61,892 nucleotides of DNA from Promethearchaeia archaeon (GCA_029856105.1 JAHQWH010000016.1:1-61892); one strand, 5' to 3'; shown: positions 38,090-48,532, counted from the first letter of the stretch. The notes: generated by a model not told the origin, from the letters alone. Numbers and translations are program-made.

Positions 38090-38548
38090 TTACGACCTAC
38101 CTCTCTTGATTAAATCTTTTTCTTTAATATGACGGTTCATTTGAGCGACGCTATTAAACATTCCACCTTTAGCGTTTTTGTATAGCTTTCTATATGTTGC
38201 TGTAGTGATTAATTTTCTATCCCTCAACTTCTTCAATTCTCGTCTCTGAGGACGAATGCGTTTCATCCAAGCTTTTTTCTTGGGAGTTCTTGCGCCTTTA
38301 GTTCCCTTTCTTTTGCCTATTCCCCTAGCCCTGCCTTTTTTCTTTCTTTCGTGGCGGATATTTTTCCTAAATTTTGAGTTTCCTTTTTTATATTTTTTCT
38401 GAATTATTCCTTCTTTAATTAAATTTCGGATATCCTGTCGAGTAATTGCCATTTTAATCTCATCGATTAAATAGGGATCGCAATAAACTCGATTTTCCCC
38501 ACATTTTAAAATTTCTGCAGCCATTCTTTTTTGGGCTTTTAAACTCAT
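38090..38548 (-). CDS. rpl19e: 50S ribosomal protein eL19
   Basis: QKRMAAEILKCG and GKRKGTKGAR. Confidence 0.96.
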   Translation of the reverse strand: MSLKAQKRMAAEILKCGENRVYCDPYLIDEIKMAITRQDIRNLIKEGIIQKKYKKGNSKFRKNIRHERKKKGRARGIGKRKGTKGARTPKKKAWMKRIRPQRRELKKLRDRKLITTATYRKLYKNAKGGMFNSVAQMNRHIKEKDLIKRGRS

Positions 38549-38589
38549 TTTTTATCACACAAATCTATTATTAATTATAAATATTCTTT

Positions 38590-39054
38590 CTAATCCTCAT
38601 CGTCAAGCAAATCATCGTCGTCCAAATCTTCAATAGACGACTCCAACATTGCCTCTAATCCTTCTAATTCTTTTTGAGAGATTCCTGAATTAAGAACTTT
38701 AAATCCTCTACTTTGAGCGTAATCAATTAAAACGATCCTTTTTTTAACACCTAATTTACTTGATATTTTAAGCGCGTGTTTTTTGTTACTTAAGCCTTTA
38801 ATATCGTTAATATTGACAACTCTTACTTCTTCATATCCAGATGGATGAAGTCCTCTAACTTTTTTAGGTCCTCTATACCCTATGGATGGAGATTTAACAC
38901 CAGATTTTGATTTTATTCGAGTTCGTGAATCGATCCCTCTAGCCTTTCTCCAAGGATCTTTTACTCTCACATATCTCCACGATTCTACACGTCTAAAAGA
39001 TGGTCGTTTTTTATTGATTTTTTTCCTGAGTTCTATTAATCTTTTTTGTTCCAT
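38590..39054 (-). CDS. rpl32e: 50S ribosomal protein eL32
   Basis: WRKARGIDS and RGLHPSG. Confidence 0.96.
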   Translation of the reverse strand: MEQKRLIELRKKINKKRPSFRRVESWRYVRVKDPWRKARGIDSRTRIKSKSGVKSPSIGYRGPKKVRGLHPSGYEEVRVVNINDIKGLSNKKHALKISSKLGVKKRIVLIDYAQSRGFKVLNSGISQKELEGLEAMLESSIEDLDDDDLLDDED

Positions 39055-39069
39055 CGTTTTTACCTCAAT

Positions 39070-39648
39070 TTATTTTATTTCCCAAGTAACTTCTTCTCCA
39101 ATCTGTCTTTTGTAGAGGTATACTCCATCTTGAAAAACTCTTGGATCTTTCTTCCTAATTCTGCAGCATTTTTGTATATTTGCTGCAGTTTGTCCCAATG
39201 TTTCTTTATCGGGTCCAGTCAAAATAACATCTTCGCCTTTAACTTTAACTTCTACATTATCTAAATAATGTGTAACTCTTGGAGCTCTTTCTCCAAGAAA
39301 ATTGACTACATGTATTTCTTTTTTGTCAGGCTTCACTTCCACCGTACATGGAAAATGACTGTAGCACACTTTACAAATATATTTATAATTTGTTTGAACC
39401 CCAACTATTAAATTTTTAATTAAATTGATAATTGTCTTAGTTAAGGCGAGAGTTCCGCTTTTTGGGAAGTTTGTAGAAAACATTATTTTATTCCCTTCAA
39501 TTGAGACCTTTATACCCCTCACATGAGAGAAATCTTTTGTTATTTTTCCATTGGGCCCATTTACAGTAATATGATGATTTCCATCAAGGGTAACTTTCAC
39601 TCCTTCCGGAATTTCCAATTCTTCCTTATAAAATGCTACTTTTACCAT
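39070..39648 (-). CDS. rpl6: 50S ribosomal protein uL6
   Basis: IPEGVKV, NFLGE, DPRVFQDGVY. Confidence 0.96.
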   Translation of the reverse strand: MVKVAFYKEELEIPEGVKVTLDGNHHITVNGPNGKITKDFSHVRGIKVSIEGNKIMFSTNFPKSGTLALTKTIINLIKNLIVGVQTNYKYICKVCYSHFPCTVEVKPDKKEIHVVNFLGERAPRVTHYLDNVEVKVKGEDVILTGPDKETLGQTAANIQKCCRIRKKDPRVFQDGVYLYKRQIGEEVTWEIK

Positions 39649-39670
39649 TTACTATTACCTTCTTTCAATA

Positions 39671-40054
39671 TTAATAAATATAACATAAAGTCATGCCGCC
39701 AACATGTTTTTCTTCTGCCTCTTTCATGGTCATTATACCTTGGTTAGTGGTTAATACAATTATTCCTAACCCTGGCGCGGGAAGCAACCTTCTTTCGAGT
39801 GATTCAAATTGATTAGTCGTATAGTTAAGCCTCAATAAACCCGCACATTGGTTTATTTTACCTAATAGGGCAATTTTAAACTTTCCTTGCCTTCCATCGT
39901 CATATCTCTCAAATTCTCCAATATATGCGTGCTGCTGGAAGATGCGAAGAATTTTTTGTGTTAATTTCGAAGCAGGGTTAATTATTACTTCTTTTTTTCT
40001 TGCTCTTTCTGCGTTCTTGAGATTGTTGCACATATCGGTAAGTGTGTTTGTTAT
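39671..40054 (-). CDS. rps8: 30S ribosomal protein uS8; similarity extends upstream of ATG 40033 to an ATA codon at 40054
   Basis: YIGEFE..DDGRQG and LTTNQGIMT; NTLTDMCNNLKNAE matches the uS8 N-terminal helix. Confidence 0.9.
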   Translation of the reverse strand: MTNTLTDMCNNLKNAERARKKEVIINPASKLTQKILRIFQQHAYIGEFERYDDGRQGKFKIALLGKINQCAGLLRLNYTTNQFESLERRLLPAPGLGIIVLTTNQGIMTMKEAEEKHVGGMTLCYIY

Positions 40055-40076
40055 TTTTTACACCTCATTCCTAATT

Positions 40077-40223
40077 TTAATCGTACCTATAAAATCCAAT
40101 TTCTTTTCCAATTTCATAAAAACAACGACGACATATATATAAACCATACCTTCTTATAACGCCTCTATGGGTATGGCAGCGCCTACATTCTCTCTGACCC
40201 TTACCTATCTTACCTTGTGGCAT
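40077..40223 (-). CDS. rps14: 30S ribosomal protein uS14 (48 aa, below the ORF-track cutoff)
   Basis: MPQGKIGKGQRECRRCHTHRGVIRRYGLYICRRCFYEIGKEIGFYRYD*. Confidence 0.96.
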   Translation of the reverse strand: MPQGKIGKGQRECRRCHTHRGVIRRYGLYICRRCFYEIGKEIGFYRYD

Positions 40224-40248
40224 AATTATCAAAATTATTTTTTTTTCT

Positions 40249-40866
40249 TTACATATATTCTAATTCTAATTTCTCTACTATTTCGATTCCAAAATTTTTT
40301 TCTAAAAAATATTGAGCTTCTGAACGAGAAACATAATGGTGTTTAGGAACTTTAGTTCGACTTTTTCTTCTGTACTTAACTCTCATACCAGGTCTAACTA
40401 TTCGACCAACAACATCAAGGCCCCAGATGCCAATCGCGTTATCATATTCTATTCCTGGAATGGTGATATGTTCAGTAATACCAAAACCAAAATTACCATA
40501 ATTATCAAAACTTTTTCTTAACATTTTATCGTTATTTACAACAAAAAGCCTTTTTAGCAATTTTTCAGCTTCTTTTCTCCGTATAGTTACCATCGTTCCA
40601 ATTGGGCGTCCTATCCGTAAGTTGAATTCTTTTACATTTTTCTTAGAAAGAGTTTTTATAGGAGTTTTACCAGAGATCGTTTGTAATACCGTAAAGGCTC
40701 TTTCTAATTCTTCACCCCCAGCACCTACTCCAATATTTAGAACCACTTTGTCTAAGTAAGGTTTTTTCATTGGATGAGTCCACATCTCTTCAAATATCTT
40801 TTCTTGCTCTTTTCGTGATTTTTTCTGAGTTTTTTTTGCTGCTTTGACTGACATAATTGAATTCAC
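40249..40866 (-). CDS. rpl5: 50S ribosomal protein uL5 (start probably ATG 40854)
   Basis: KVVLNIGVG and FDNYGNFGFGITEHI. Confidence 0.96.
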   Translation of the reverse strand: MNSIMSVKAAKKTQKKSRKEQEKIFEEMWTHPMKKPYLDKVVLNIGVGAGGEELERAFTVLQTISGKTPIKTLSKKNVKEFNLRIGRPIGTMVTIRRKEAEKLLKRLFVVNNDKMLRKSFDNYGNFGFGITEHITIPGIEYDNAIGIWGLDVVGRIVRPGMRVKYRRKSRTKVPKHHYVSRSEAQYFLEKNFGIEIVEKLELEYM

Positions 40867-40875
40867 TTCTTTATT

Positions 40876-41628
40876 TTATTCTATTTTTGGTAAACTAATT
40901 TCGGATTGATCCTCTCCTATAATAAAAGTATAATCGTAAAGAGTTTCTGTATGTTCAGAATTATGTTGTATAGATACCGTACTTGCTTTCGGACCAAACC
41001 GCTTTAATATATTTATAACTTTTCCTAATTGTCCGATGTTTTTCCCGGACATGATAATCGCTAAATTTCCTTCTTTAAATTTTAAAACTTTAAGAATTTC
41101 TTGTTCTGGGATTGAAATTTTTAAAACATCCATTCTTTTGTAAATATCCTCTTTAGTGTTACTTGGGTCTTTAACTCGTATTAGAATGTTCTTTCCATCG
41201 TGTAAGTTTAATTGAATATGTCCTCCCTTTATCGTGGTTTTTTGGGTTATTCTACATAATTTAAAGGTACTTTCTGCTTCATTTATTTCATGTAGTATTA
41301 ATCCGTAGTGAGAATCTGGTAGAATTCGATAATGTTTGTTTATTTTTTCTATACTTAGCACATCCATTAAACCAACTGGATATGTTGTATCTTTTACTAT
41401 CCTTCCATCTACCTTAAATTTACCGAGTCCTATTAATTTTTTCGCTTCTCTATGGTTATCGACTATCTTCAGAAGATCCCTGACAATATGGAGTAAAGGC
41501 AAGCAGAATCTGATTGGATGAGGGCCAGATGATGCCTTCATAAAGAACTTGCCGTGCTTTCTTTTTATTTGTAGAAATTTAGGCGTGTTGAGTCTTTTTA
41601 ACGCTCTAGAACCACCATGTCTAGTCAT
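40876..41628 (-). CDS. rps4e: 30S ribosomal protein eS4
   Basis: SGPH, YPVGLMDV, QLNLHDG. Confidence 0.96.
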   Translation of the reverse strand: MTRHGGSRALKRLNTPKFLQIKRKHGKFFMKASSGPHPIRFCLPLLHIVRDLLKIVDNHREAKKLIGLGKFKVDGRIVKDTTYPVGLMDVLSIEKINKHYRILPDSHYGLILHEINEAESTFKLCRITQKTTIKGGHIQLNLHDGKNILIRVKDPSNTKEDIYKRMDVLKISIPEQEILKVLKFKEGNLAIIMSGKNIGQLGKVINILKRFGPKASTVSIQHNSEHTETLYDYTFIIGEDQSEISLPKIE

Positions 41629-42060
41629 CTATTTCTCCTCCTCCTCTTTTTGTTTTTTTGGAGCTCTTAACTCATCTTCCCTTAATCCAAAAACGGCTTT
41701 CCTGTCAATCATACCTGCCCGCCAAGGGTCCATTTTTTTTTCTTTAGCGAATTTTGTTATTATCAAATTCGATATATGAATGGCTGGATGAAACTGAGTT
41801 CCATCTGCTTTATCAAAAGTTGCTTCCTTAATTTTTGCCCTCTGTTCTTTCGTGATCTCCATAACTTCTCCCTCAAAATTTTTGAATTCACCCGTCACAA
41901 CTTTAACTCCATCACCAACTCTAAGGGGAAGTGTTCTAATCCCATACTCATCTCTTACAAAATCGGCAACTCTTGTTGATAATAGTTTTGACCTTTGATG
42001 ATTCTTATAAGTAAATAACGCTTTCCGCTGCTTTTTAGGCTGTTTTGATTTTGCTTTCAT
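41629..42060 (-). CDS. rpl24: 50S ribosomal protein uL24
   Basis: SKQPKKQRK, LPLRVGDGVKV, IHISNL. Confidence 0.95.
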   Translation of the reverse strand: MKAKSKQPKKQRKALFTYKNHQRSKLLSTRVADFVRDEYGIRTLPLRVGDGVKVVTGEFKNFEGEVMEITKEQRAKIKEATFDKADGTQFHPAIHISNLIITKFAKEKKMDPWRAGMIDRKAVFGLREDELRAPKKQKEEEEK

Positions 42061-42083
42061 ACTTTTTAACCTTATGATCTTAA

Positions 42084-42509
42084 TTATATAATTAATGAAG
42101 AAATGGATGCTAAACGTGGAAATAATTCAGCAGCTTCCCTCGCAATTGGACCCCGAATTTCTGTACCTTTAGGGTCGCCTTCCCGGGTTATTAAAACTCC
42201 TGCATTATCTTCAAAAGATAATCTTGTGCCGTCTACTCGCTTATATATCATCTTTTGTCTAACAATTACAGCTTTTAATATCGTTCCGCGTAAATCTGGG
42301 CGACCTTTTTTAACAGTTACTGTGCAGACTGACCCTACAGAAGCTTGTGGCAGCCTTCTTAAACGGGTTTTTGCATGGTCGACATTAATTATTTGGGCAA
42401 TTTTTGCGCCAGAATTATCAGTAATAAAAATTTTTGAACCATTTTGTACACCGTAACTAGTTCTTGATTTCATCTGCGTTTTTCTTCCCATTTTTCTTCT
42501 GGTTCCCAT
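42084..42509 (-). CDS. rpl14: 50S ribosomal protein uL14
   Basis: DNSGAK, FEDNAGV, GPIAREAAE. Confidence 0.96.
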   Translation of the reverse strand: MGTRRKMGRKTQMKSRTSYGVQNGSKIFITDNSGAKIAQIINVDHAKTRLRRLPQASVGSVCTVTVKKGRPDLRGTILKAVIVRQKMIYKRVDGTRLSFEDNAGVLITREGDPKGTEIRGPIAREAAELFPRLASISSLII

Positions 42510-42860
42510 CTACATCGCCCCACTCTTTATTTTATCTAATACTATGAACGCTTTTGTCTTTGAGAGTTTTCTGCTTTCTCCTACACGCACTAAATCTCCT
42601 ACTTGAATTTCTGGAGTTAAACATTCGGGTAAATGACATGCAAGGCGCGAATTACGCCTTTCATATCGTTGATACTTCTTAACAAATTGAACATAATCTT
42701 GTCTAATAACTACAGTGTTTTTTGATTTTTTATTAACTACTACTCCTTGAGTAATCTTACCTCTTATTCGTGTATTTCCGTGAAATGGACAATCCTTATC
42801 GCTACATTCACGCATTTTTGGAGGATTTACTCCAGGAATACCGATATTTCGAACGCTCAT
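42510..42860 (-). CDS. rps17: 30S ribosomal protein uS17
   Basis: DKDCPFHG, KYQRYERR, ESRKLSKTK. Confidence 0.96.
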   Translation of the reverse strand: MSVRNIGIPGVNPPKMRECSDKDCPFHGNTRIRGKITQGVVVNKKSKNTVVIRQDYVQFVKKYQRYERRNSRLACHLPECLTPEIQVGDLVRVGESRKLSKTKAFIVLDKIKSGAM

Positions 42861-42861
42861 T

Positions 42862-43155
42862 TTATTTTCTCAACCACTTCTTTTTTTTTAAACTTCTTAA
42901 TCTGTTTTCAGGAACGCCAACAATTTTAGATCCATTTAATTCTAACGTTCCTTCTTCAAGCTTGAATCTAAAAATATAATCTTTTTTGATGTACTTTTTT
43001 AGTGAATTATTTTTTTCTGATATCAACATATTTCGGGTATCGTCAATTATCGTACCAATATCCGAGAATGTGGTACTATTTGATTTTGATTTAAGTTTAG
43101 CATACGCCTTAAAGCCAATTAAATCGTGGTAAATCAAATATTTTGAACTTATCAT
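42862..43155 (-). CDS. rnp1: RNase P protein subunit Rpp29/POP4
   Basis: HDLIG, GTIIDDTRN, IVGVPENRL; canonical position between uL29 and uS17. Confidence 0.9.
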   Translation of the reverse strand: MISSKYLIYHDLIGFKAYAKLKSKSNSTTFSDIGTIIDDTRNMLISEKNNSLKKYIKKDYIFRFKLEEGTLELNGSKIVGVPENRLRSLKKKKWLRK

Positions 43156-43367
43156 TATACATTCAACTTTTTAATTTCATTTTTTACTGTTAGAACTCTT
43201 GCTATTTGTTTCCTTAAAATTTTTGCCTTTGCGGGATTATCAGCGATACCACCACCCGTTTGTTGGCTATATAACATCATTAATTCTTCTCTTAACGTTA
43301 ATAGGGTCCGCTCCCTTTCTCGTTCGTCCATTTCTCGGACTTTTGCCACGGTAATAATATCCATCAT
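43155..43367 (-). CDS. rpl29: 50S ribosomal protein uL29
   Basis: VREM..LREEL..NP..LRKQIARVLT. Confidence 0.95.
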   Translation of the reverse strand: MMDIITVAKVREMDERERERTLLTLREELMMLYSQQTGGGIADNPAKAKILRKQIARVLTVKNEIKKLNV

Positions 43368-43379
43368 TTACACTCTTTT

Positions 43380-44192
43380 TTACTTTTTAACTTTTTTTTC
43401 CTTTACAGTATCTTTTTCTTCTTCTTCTTTTTCTGGCTCTAGCGAAATTTCAGAAATATCTTCTTCTTCTACTTCTTCAAATAATTCTTTTTCTACTTCG
43501 GTGAGCTCTCCTTCTTCTACGGTAATTTCGTAATCTTTCTCTGCTCTCGTTTTGGTAAATTCTGCTTCCTTTTTTACTTGCACTTTTGCTAGTGCTTCAT
43601 GATTAATTTTAACTGTGTCTCCCAATCTTATGTCCGCTTGCATAATTTTTACTATGATACCTAAAGTGCCACTTTTTTGGACGCACTGCGCCACGCCTTT
43701 GTCCACTCCTTCTTGAGCAGGTTGGCCCGATTTTTTCATTGTACCCGCGCGAAACACGGTCGTTCTGGCACGTTGGCTCGTGACCTTACCTGAAACTATA
43801 ATCTCTGTACCTCTTGCGCCAGAATCCATTATTTTGCGTAAGATGTAATAACCAGCCCTTCTATAATGCCGGCCTCTATCGAGACTATACGCTAACCTCT
43901 CAGCCATAATTTGGGCGTTTAAATCGGGGTTAGCGACCTCTTCGACCTCGATCTGGGGTAATTCCAGGTCAAATTTCTGCTGTAAGATGTCCGTAATCTC
44001 TTGAATGCGCTTGCCACCTTTGCCTATCACGAGGCCCGGACGGGAGGTTCTTAGAGTGATTCTAACGCCGAGTGGTGTCTGTTGCATATCAATACCTGCA
44101 AATCCAGCTCTAACAAACTCTTTACGCAAAAATTCGTTTATTTGCATCAACTTGATGCCTTGTTCGATGAAATGTTTTGCTAAGGGACTCAT
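43380..44192 (-). CDS. rps3: 30S ribosomal protein uS3 with acidic C-terminal tail
   Basis: RPGLVIGKGG KH motif and GTEIIVSGK. Confidence 0.96.
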   Translation of the reverse strand: MSPLAKHFIEQGIKLMQINEFLRKEFVRAGFAGIDMQQTPLGVRITLRTSRPGLVIGKGGKRIQEITDILQQKFDLELPQIEVEEVANPDLNAQIMAERLAYSLDRGRHYRRAGYYILRKIMDSGARGTEIIVSGKVTSQRARTTVFRAGTMKKSGQPAQEGVDKGVAQCVQKSGTLGIIVKIMQADIRLGDTVKINHEALAKVQVKKEAEFTKTRAEKDYEITVEEGELTEVEKELFEEVEEEDISEISLEPEKEEEEKDTVKEKKVKK

Positions 44193-44229
44193 TATCTTTA
44201 ATATTTAATTTTTTTTTAATTTGTTTTCA

Positions 44230-44709
44230 TTAACTTGGAAATTCGTAAATTACAATTTCTACATGACTTAAATGCCTAAATTTTGCGGTCGATCTACCTT
44301 GAGCGCGTTCAATGTAGCGCTTTATGATTCGACCCCTATGTGTAGCAGCGTGAATAATCCTGCATTGATCGACATCTAAGCCTTTATACTCTGCGTTGGA
44401 TTCGACGGAAGTGAGAAGTTCATAGATTCTTGCGGCAGCTTTTTGAGGATATCTACCGGCATACCAATTGAATTGCTTTAAATCTTTTCTATGAGCTTGT
44501 TTTTTTTTATGTCTTCTGAAAGGTACTGATTGTTTTAACTGAATAACTTTTTCAAGATACCTTTTAGCTTGGTCCAATTTCATACCATTTATCACGGCAC
44601 AAATTTCTCTTGAGGGTTTTGGCTTTATCCGTAAATCTCTCCCTGAAGCTTTAGCCAATCTATCTACATCGTATTTTTCTTCGCTAAAGGAATAACCCCA
44701 GTTAGGCAT
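44230..44709 (-). CDS. rpl22: 50S ribosomal protein uL22
   Basis: GRYPQKAA, NAEYKGLD, RAQGR. Confidence 0.96.
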   Translation of the reverse strand: MPNWGYSFSEEKYDVDRLAKASGRDLRIKPKPSREICAVINGMKLDQAKRYLEKVIQLKQSVPFRRHKKKQAHRKDLKQFNWYAGRYPQKAAARIYELLTSVESNAEYKGLDVDQCRIIHAATHRGRIIKRYIERAQGRSTAKFRHLSHVEIVIYEFPS

Positions 44710-44751
44710 TTTGTATCATCTCAATTATTTATTTTATTATTATAATATTGA

Positions 44752-45285
44752 TTATTTTAAAGGAACATATTTACTTGAACGTGTAGCTCCAATTCCGGGA
44801 GAACCATGTTGAACGCGTCTTCTAGTGAGTGAAAACTCTCCTAAGTAATGTCCAATCATTTCAGGTTTTACATCAACAACTTCATATTGTTTTCCGTTAT
44901 AAACGCCTATTCTCAAACCTACCATCTCAGGAAAAATCAACATATCTCTCACATGTGTTCGCGTAAGAAGATCTTTTCCTCTTTTTTTGGCTCTGTAAGC
45001 TCGTCTTAGTCTTTCAAGAAGTTTTCTCTGTCTAGGAGGTAACCCTCTCTTTAGAGATCTTCGCGCTCGTGCTGGTAACAATTGAATAAACTCGTCCATA
45101 TTCATTCTCTTTAATTGGTCTAATGTATGGCCTCTATAATGAAATTTAAGACGATCTCTTTCTTTTGCAAGATCTAATTCTTTGGTATCTTCTACTTCTT
45201 CAGATTCTTTAGAAGATTCTTTTGCAGCATCTTCTGTTATCGTTTCTTTTTGTTTTCCATCGTTCTGTTCTTCATTTGGAGCCAT
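44752..45285 (-). CDS. rps19: 30S ribosomal protein uS19 with acidic N-terminal extension
   Basis: [29 protein letters not shown]. Confidence 0.96.
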   Translation of the reverse strand: MAPNEEQNDGKQKETITEDAAKESSKESEEVEDTKELDLAKERDRLKFHYRGHTLDQLKRMNMDEFIQLLPARARRSLKRGLPPRQRKLLERLRRAYRAKKRGKDLLTRTHVRDMLIFPEMVGLRIGVYNGKQYEVVDVKPEMIGHYLGEFSLTRRRVQHGSPGIGATRSSKYVPLK

Positions 45286-45518
45286 TTTTCCACCAATCTA
45301 CTTGTTCCATTTAATTTATAATGTTTTTTTTTACACTTTTATTACTTCGTGTAATGATAGAAGTTATCTATCAAATTTTAATTTTATTAAAACAAAGGAA
45401 CTAAAAACACAAAATTTAAAAGGTTGGAATGTGACCTCCAAGGAAAACTATATCATCTCAAAATCTCATATTTTATCGGATCAAATGAGTTCTAAATTCT
45501 TACTTTCGTGAATTATAT

Positions 45519-46226
45519 TTAATGATAATTATTGGGGTTAAACGCTCTTATTATGTCTTCTTCGTCGAATTCACCGCTCCATTTTTCTTCAATTAAAACA
45601 AATCGTTCAGGATTGTTGTTTGGATTTATAACGGAGTGGTAAGTCCTTTTTGCGTTTAAGAACTCTGTTTCATTTTCAACAAAATAATGTACTTTATTCC
45701 CGTTAATTATTATTGGTTTACCTTTCAATATTTTCCACGATTCACTCCTAAATTTATGAGTTTGGATGGAGATTCCTATCTTTGGTTTAATAAATATTAA
45801 ATTATAATCAGGGTATGTGAATTTAATACTGTACCACTTAGCTAAAGTGTCAATGTATCCATCTGGAACTTTATATTTCTTGCAAAATCGAATTGGGTCA
45901 AATATTTCTTTTTTAGACGATTCGTACACATAAGGTTCATAAATTACTATATGACTAGAAATATCGCTACTATATTTTAGATTAATTTCCCCATCTCCTT
46001 TATTAATTACCATGTAATAATCGTTTGGTTTGACAATTAGATTAGATGCGCTTAAATTTTGAGTAAAAAAAGTGGTCCCATTTATAAGATATATTTTTTT
46101 TAGAGCATTAGAATCTATTAGAATTGTTAGTTCTTCTTGTCCATTTTTTCTAAGATTTGTGCCTTTCTCAGGTTGAATTATCTCTTCTAACATCCTTTTA
46201 ACACCTACATCCTCTATATCACACAA
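45519..46226 (-). CDS. cupin-domain protein (type II mannose-6-phosphate isomerase-like C-terminus)
   Basis: ISIQTHKFRSESW..G, YHSVIN, EEDIIR. Confidence 0.7.
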   Translation of the reverse strand: MCDIEDVGVKRMLEEIIQPEKGTNLRKNGQEELTILIDSNALKKIYLINGTTFFTQNLSASNLIVKPNDYYMVINKGDGEINLKYSSDISSHIVIYEPYVYESSKKEIFDPIRFCKKYKVPDGYIDTLAKWYSIKFTYPDYNLIFIKPKIGISIQTHKFRSESWKILKGKPIIINGNKVHYFVENETEFLNAKRTYHSVINPNNNPERFVLIEEKWSGEFDEEDIIRAFNPNNYH

Positions 46227-47185
46227 ATATCTTTATATTTTTTGAAGTGTCTTTCAATTTCATCAATAAATGGCATTGATTCTTGCGCTCCTTTCCTCGT
46301 CACTGCTATTGAGGCGGCTACTGTTGCGTACTTTACCGAAGTGATTAAATCTTCGCCTTGGTTTAATTTGCTTGCTAAAACTCCGTTAAAGCAATCTCCA
46401 GCGCCTACTGTATCGACTGGCTTAACCTTAAAAGCGGGTATTTCAATAATTTTTTCTTCTGCAGCGTTATATATCATACATCCTTTACTACCTAATGTAG
46501 TTACGATTGTTTTAACTCCTATTTTTGAAATATCTTTTGAAGCTTGAATAATTTTACCTTTAGATTCGCCAACTAACTCTTTAAGATTTAAAAGAGAATG
46601 TAATCGTAGTAATTCTCCCTCGTTGGGGATTAATACATCAATATTTCTCAAAATTGATAAACTAATTGGTTTTAACGGCGCAGGATTAAGAATTTTAACA
46701 GCCTTCCCTTGAACTGCTATTTTAAAAATTTCTTCAATTGAATCAATGGGAATCTCCATCTGAACGATCAAAGCGTTAGCGTTTTTTATGACTTCGGAAT
46801 TTATTCGGATGTCTTCTGGCGTTAAATTGAAGTTTGCTCCGGGCGCTACACTAATCATATTCTCTCCGTTCTCGTCTATCATTATAAAAGCGATCCCGCT
46901 CGATTCGTAAGGATCCCTTATAATATGTTCTATGTCCACGCCTTCATTGTTTAATTGAGAAGTCATTTGATCTCCATACGAGTCTATGCCGACCTTACCA
47001 ATAAAAATAGTATTAGATCCAGATCTCACAGAAGCCACCGCTTGATTCGCGCCTTTTCCTCCCAGGAATTGCTTAAATGTGCCCCCAGTTACAGTTTCAC
47101 CTGGTTCCGGTAACCGTTGCGAGTATATGTTTAAATCCATATTACTCGAACCAATAATTAGAACGTATTGGTTGCTATTTGACAT
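46214..47185 (-). CDS. rbsK: ribokinase
   Basis: GSSNMD, GGKGANQAVA, NPAP, PNEGE, DTVGAGDCF. Confidence 0.93.
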   Translation of the reverse strand: MSNSNQYVLIIGSSNMDLNIYSQRLPEPGETVTGGTFKQFLGGKGANQAVASVRSGSNTIFIGKVGIDSYGDQMTSQLNNEGVDIEHIIRDPYESSGIAFIMIDENGENMISVAPGANFNLTPEDIRINSEVIKNANALIVQMEIPIDSIEEIFKIAVQGKAVKILNPAPLKPISLSILRNIDVLIPNEGELLRLHSLLNLKELVGESKGKIIQASKDISKIGVKTIVTTLGSKGCMIYNAAEEKIIEIPAFKVKPVDTVGAGDCFNGVLASKLNQGEDLITSVKYATVAASIAVTRKGAQESMPFIDEIERHFKKYKDICVI

Positions 47186-47374
47186 AATTTTACCACTTTA
47201 AAATCGCGATTTTTAGAACTCTCTTCGCTTTATATTATCAATTTATGAAACATCACAATTAAAACCAAGTGATTCTTAACGAATGGTTTTAATTTAATAT
47301 AATTTTAAAAATAATATTAAGCAATGTAAATATGCTTGAAAAAATATACTAAAAACTTAATATAAACAAAGGTA

Positions 47375-47698
47375 TTGATAATGGCAAAAGATAAGATAAT
47401 TGGCCTAATCGTAATGCTCCTTGGTATCCTTATCGCGGTAGTTTATACCATGGGAAGCGTCGTTGATTTATGGTTTGGCACTCTTGGTGCAAACCCAAAT
47501 TGGGACGTTGCCTTCCGATTATTTGGTATCGATTGGCTCGATTGGAGATTATTCACTGTTCTACCACTCTGGATTATGGTTCTTCTAATAGCAATTATTG
47601 CTATATGGATAGGATATTCGATGCTCACGACTCCAGCACCAGTTCCGCTCGAAGAATTGGAAGAGGAGTTAGCTGCTGAAGAAGAATCGGGAGAGTAG
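47375..47698 (+). CDS. small 2-TM membrane protein with acidic tail (start may be ATG 47381)
   Basis: WIGYSMLTTPAP motif. Confidence 0.8.
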   Translation: MIMAKDKIIGLIVMLLGILIAVVYTMGSVVDLWFGTLGANPNWDVAFRLFGIDWLDWRLFTVLPLWIMVLLIAIIAIWIGYSMLTTPAPVPLEELEEELAAEEESGE

Positions 47699-47753
47699 AA
47701 AGGATATAATTAACCTTTTTTATTTTTTTTTATTTAAAATTATATATTTATAC

Positions 47754-48494
47754 CTAAAATTCTAGTTTCATCGCATTCAGGTTTAGGTTATTTAAATCAA
47801 TTTGAATTAAAGAGTAATTAGGAATTTCTTTCGCATTCTCAGTTAAGGGAGTAGTGCTTACAAGGATTTCTTTTTGTTTTTTACTTAAAAATAAGGTGTG
47901 GTGCCTGCCGTTAAAATTAGTTTTATGATTAGTGATGACATTGCATGTGTGCGAATTAAATAGAAATGCGTTCGCGCCAGCACCTATCTCAATCTCTTTA
48001 AAAAGGGATTCCAAGGTATTCTTTAAATTTTTACCATCTTGTAGTTCGTCTATAATAGCACATAGATATTTTCGAGTGTCCAAGTTAGTATTACTATAAA
48101 TACTTTCCAATTTTGGGTTTTTTAATTTTTTATCTGGAAAACCTTTTATGATTCCATTATGAGTTATGATATATTTCTCACCAATATCGATAGGATGTAC
48201 GTCTCTAAAGGTCTTTTTCCAAGGGAGAGTTTTTCTCGCGTGGACTAAAAGGAAACGAGTTTTAATCTTAGTGAGGTTTTTCCAGTCCGCGTGGTAAATT
48301 TGAGTTATATCTCGCTTTATTACGAGTTTGTTGTCATCTTCAGAGATATAAGCGAAACCCCAACCCAATCCATGGTGCCCAAAAAGGTTATACTTCCTTA
48401 AATAATGCCAATGGCACGAGGTTACAAATTTTTTTAAAATTTTAAAATCAATTTGAAAGGGTTCAAGCGAACACTGAAAAAACATACGACACAT
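47754..48494 (-). CDS. class II glutamine amidotransferase (Ntn)
   Basis: N-terminal MCRM, GWG, HARK, HP, HNG. Confidence 0.88.
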   Translation of the reverse strand: MCRMFFQCSLEPFQIDFKILKKFVTSCHWHYLRKYNLFGHHGLGWGFAYISEDDNKLVIKRDITQIYHADWKNLTKIKTRFLLVHARKTLPWKKTFRDVHPIDIGEKYIITHNGIIKGFPDKKLKNPKLESIYSNTNLDTRKYLCAIIDELQDGKNLKNTLESLFKEIEIGAGANAFLFNSHTCNVITNHKTNFNGRHHTLFLSKKQKEILVSTTPLTENAKEIPNYSLIQIDLNNLNLNAMKLEF

Positions 48495-48532
48495 AGTTAT
48501 TCGTTTAAAAAAATTTTATTCAAATATCAAAG

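Noticed and set aside
35774-45285. Additional introns in the large ribosomal superoperon
   Set aside because: All frames are continuous with expected motifs; I saw no inserted hairpins by eye, though short in-frame introns cannot be fully excluded without alignment.
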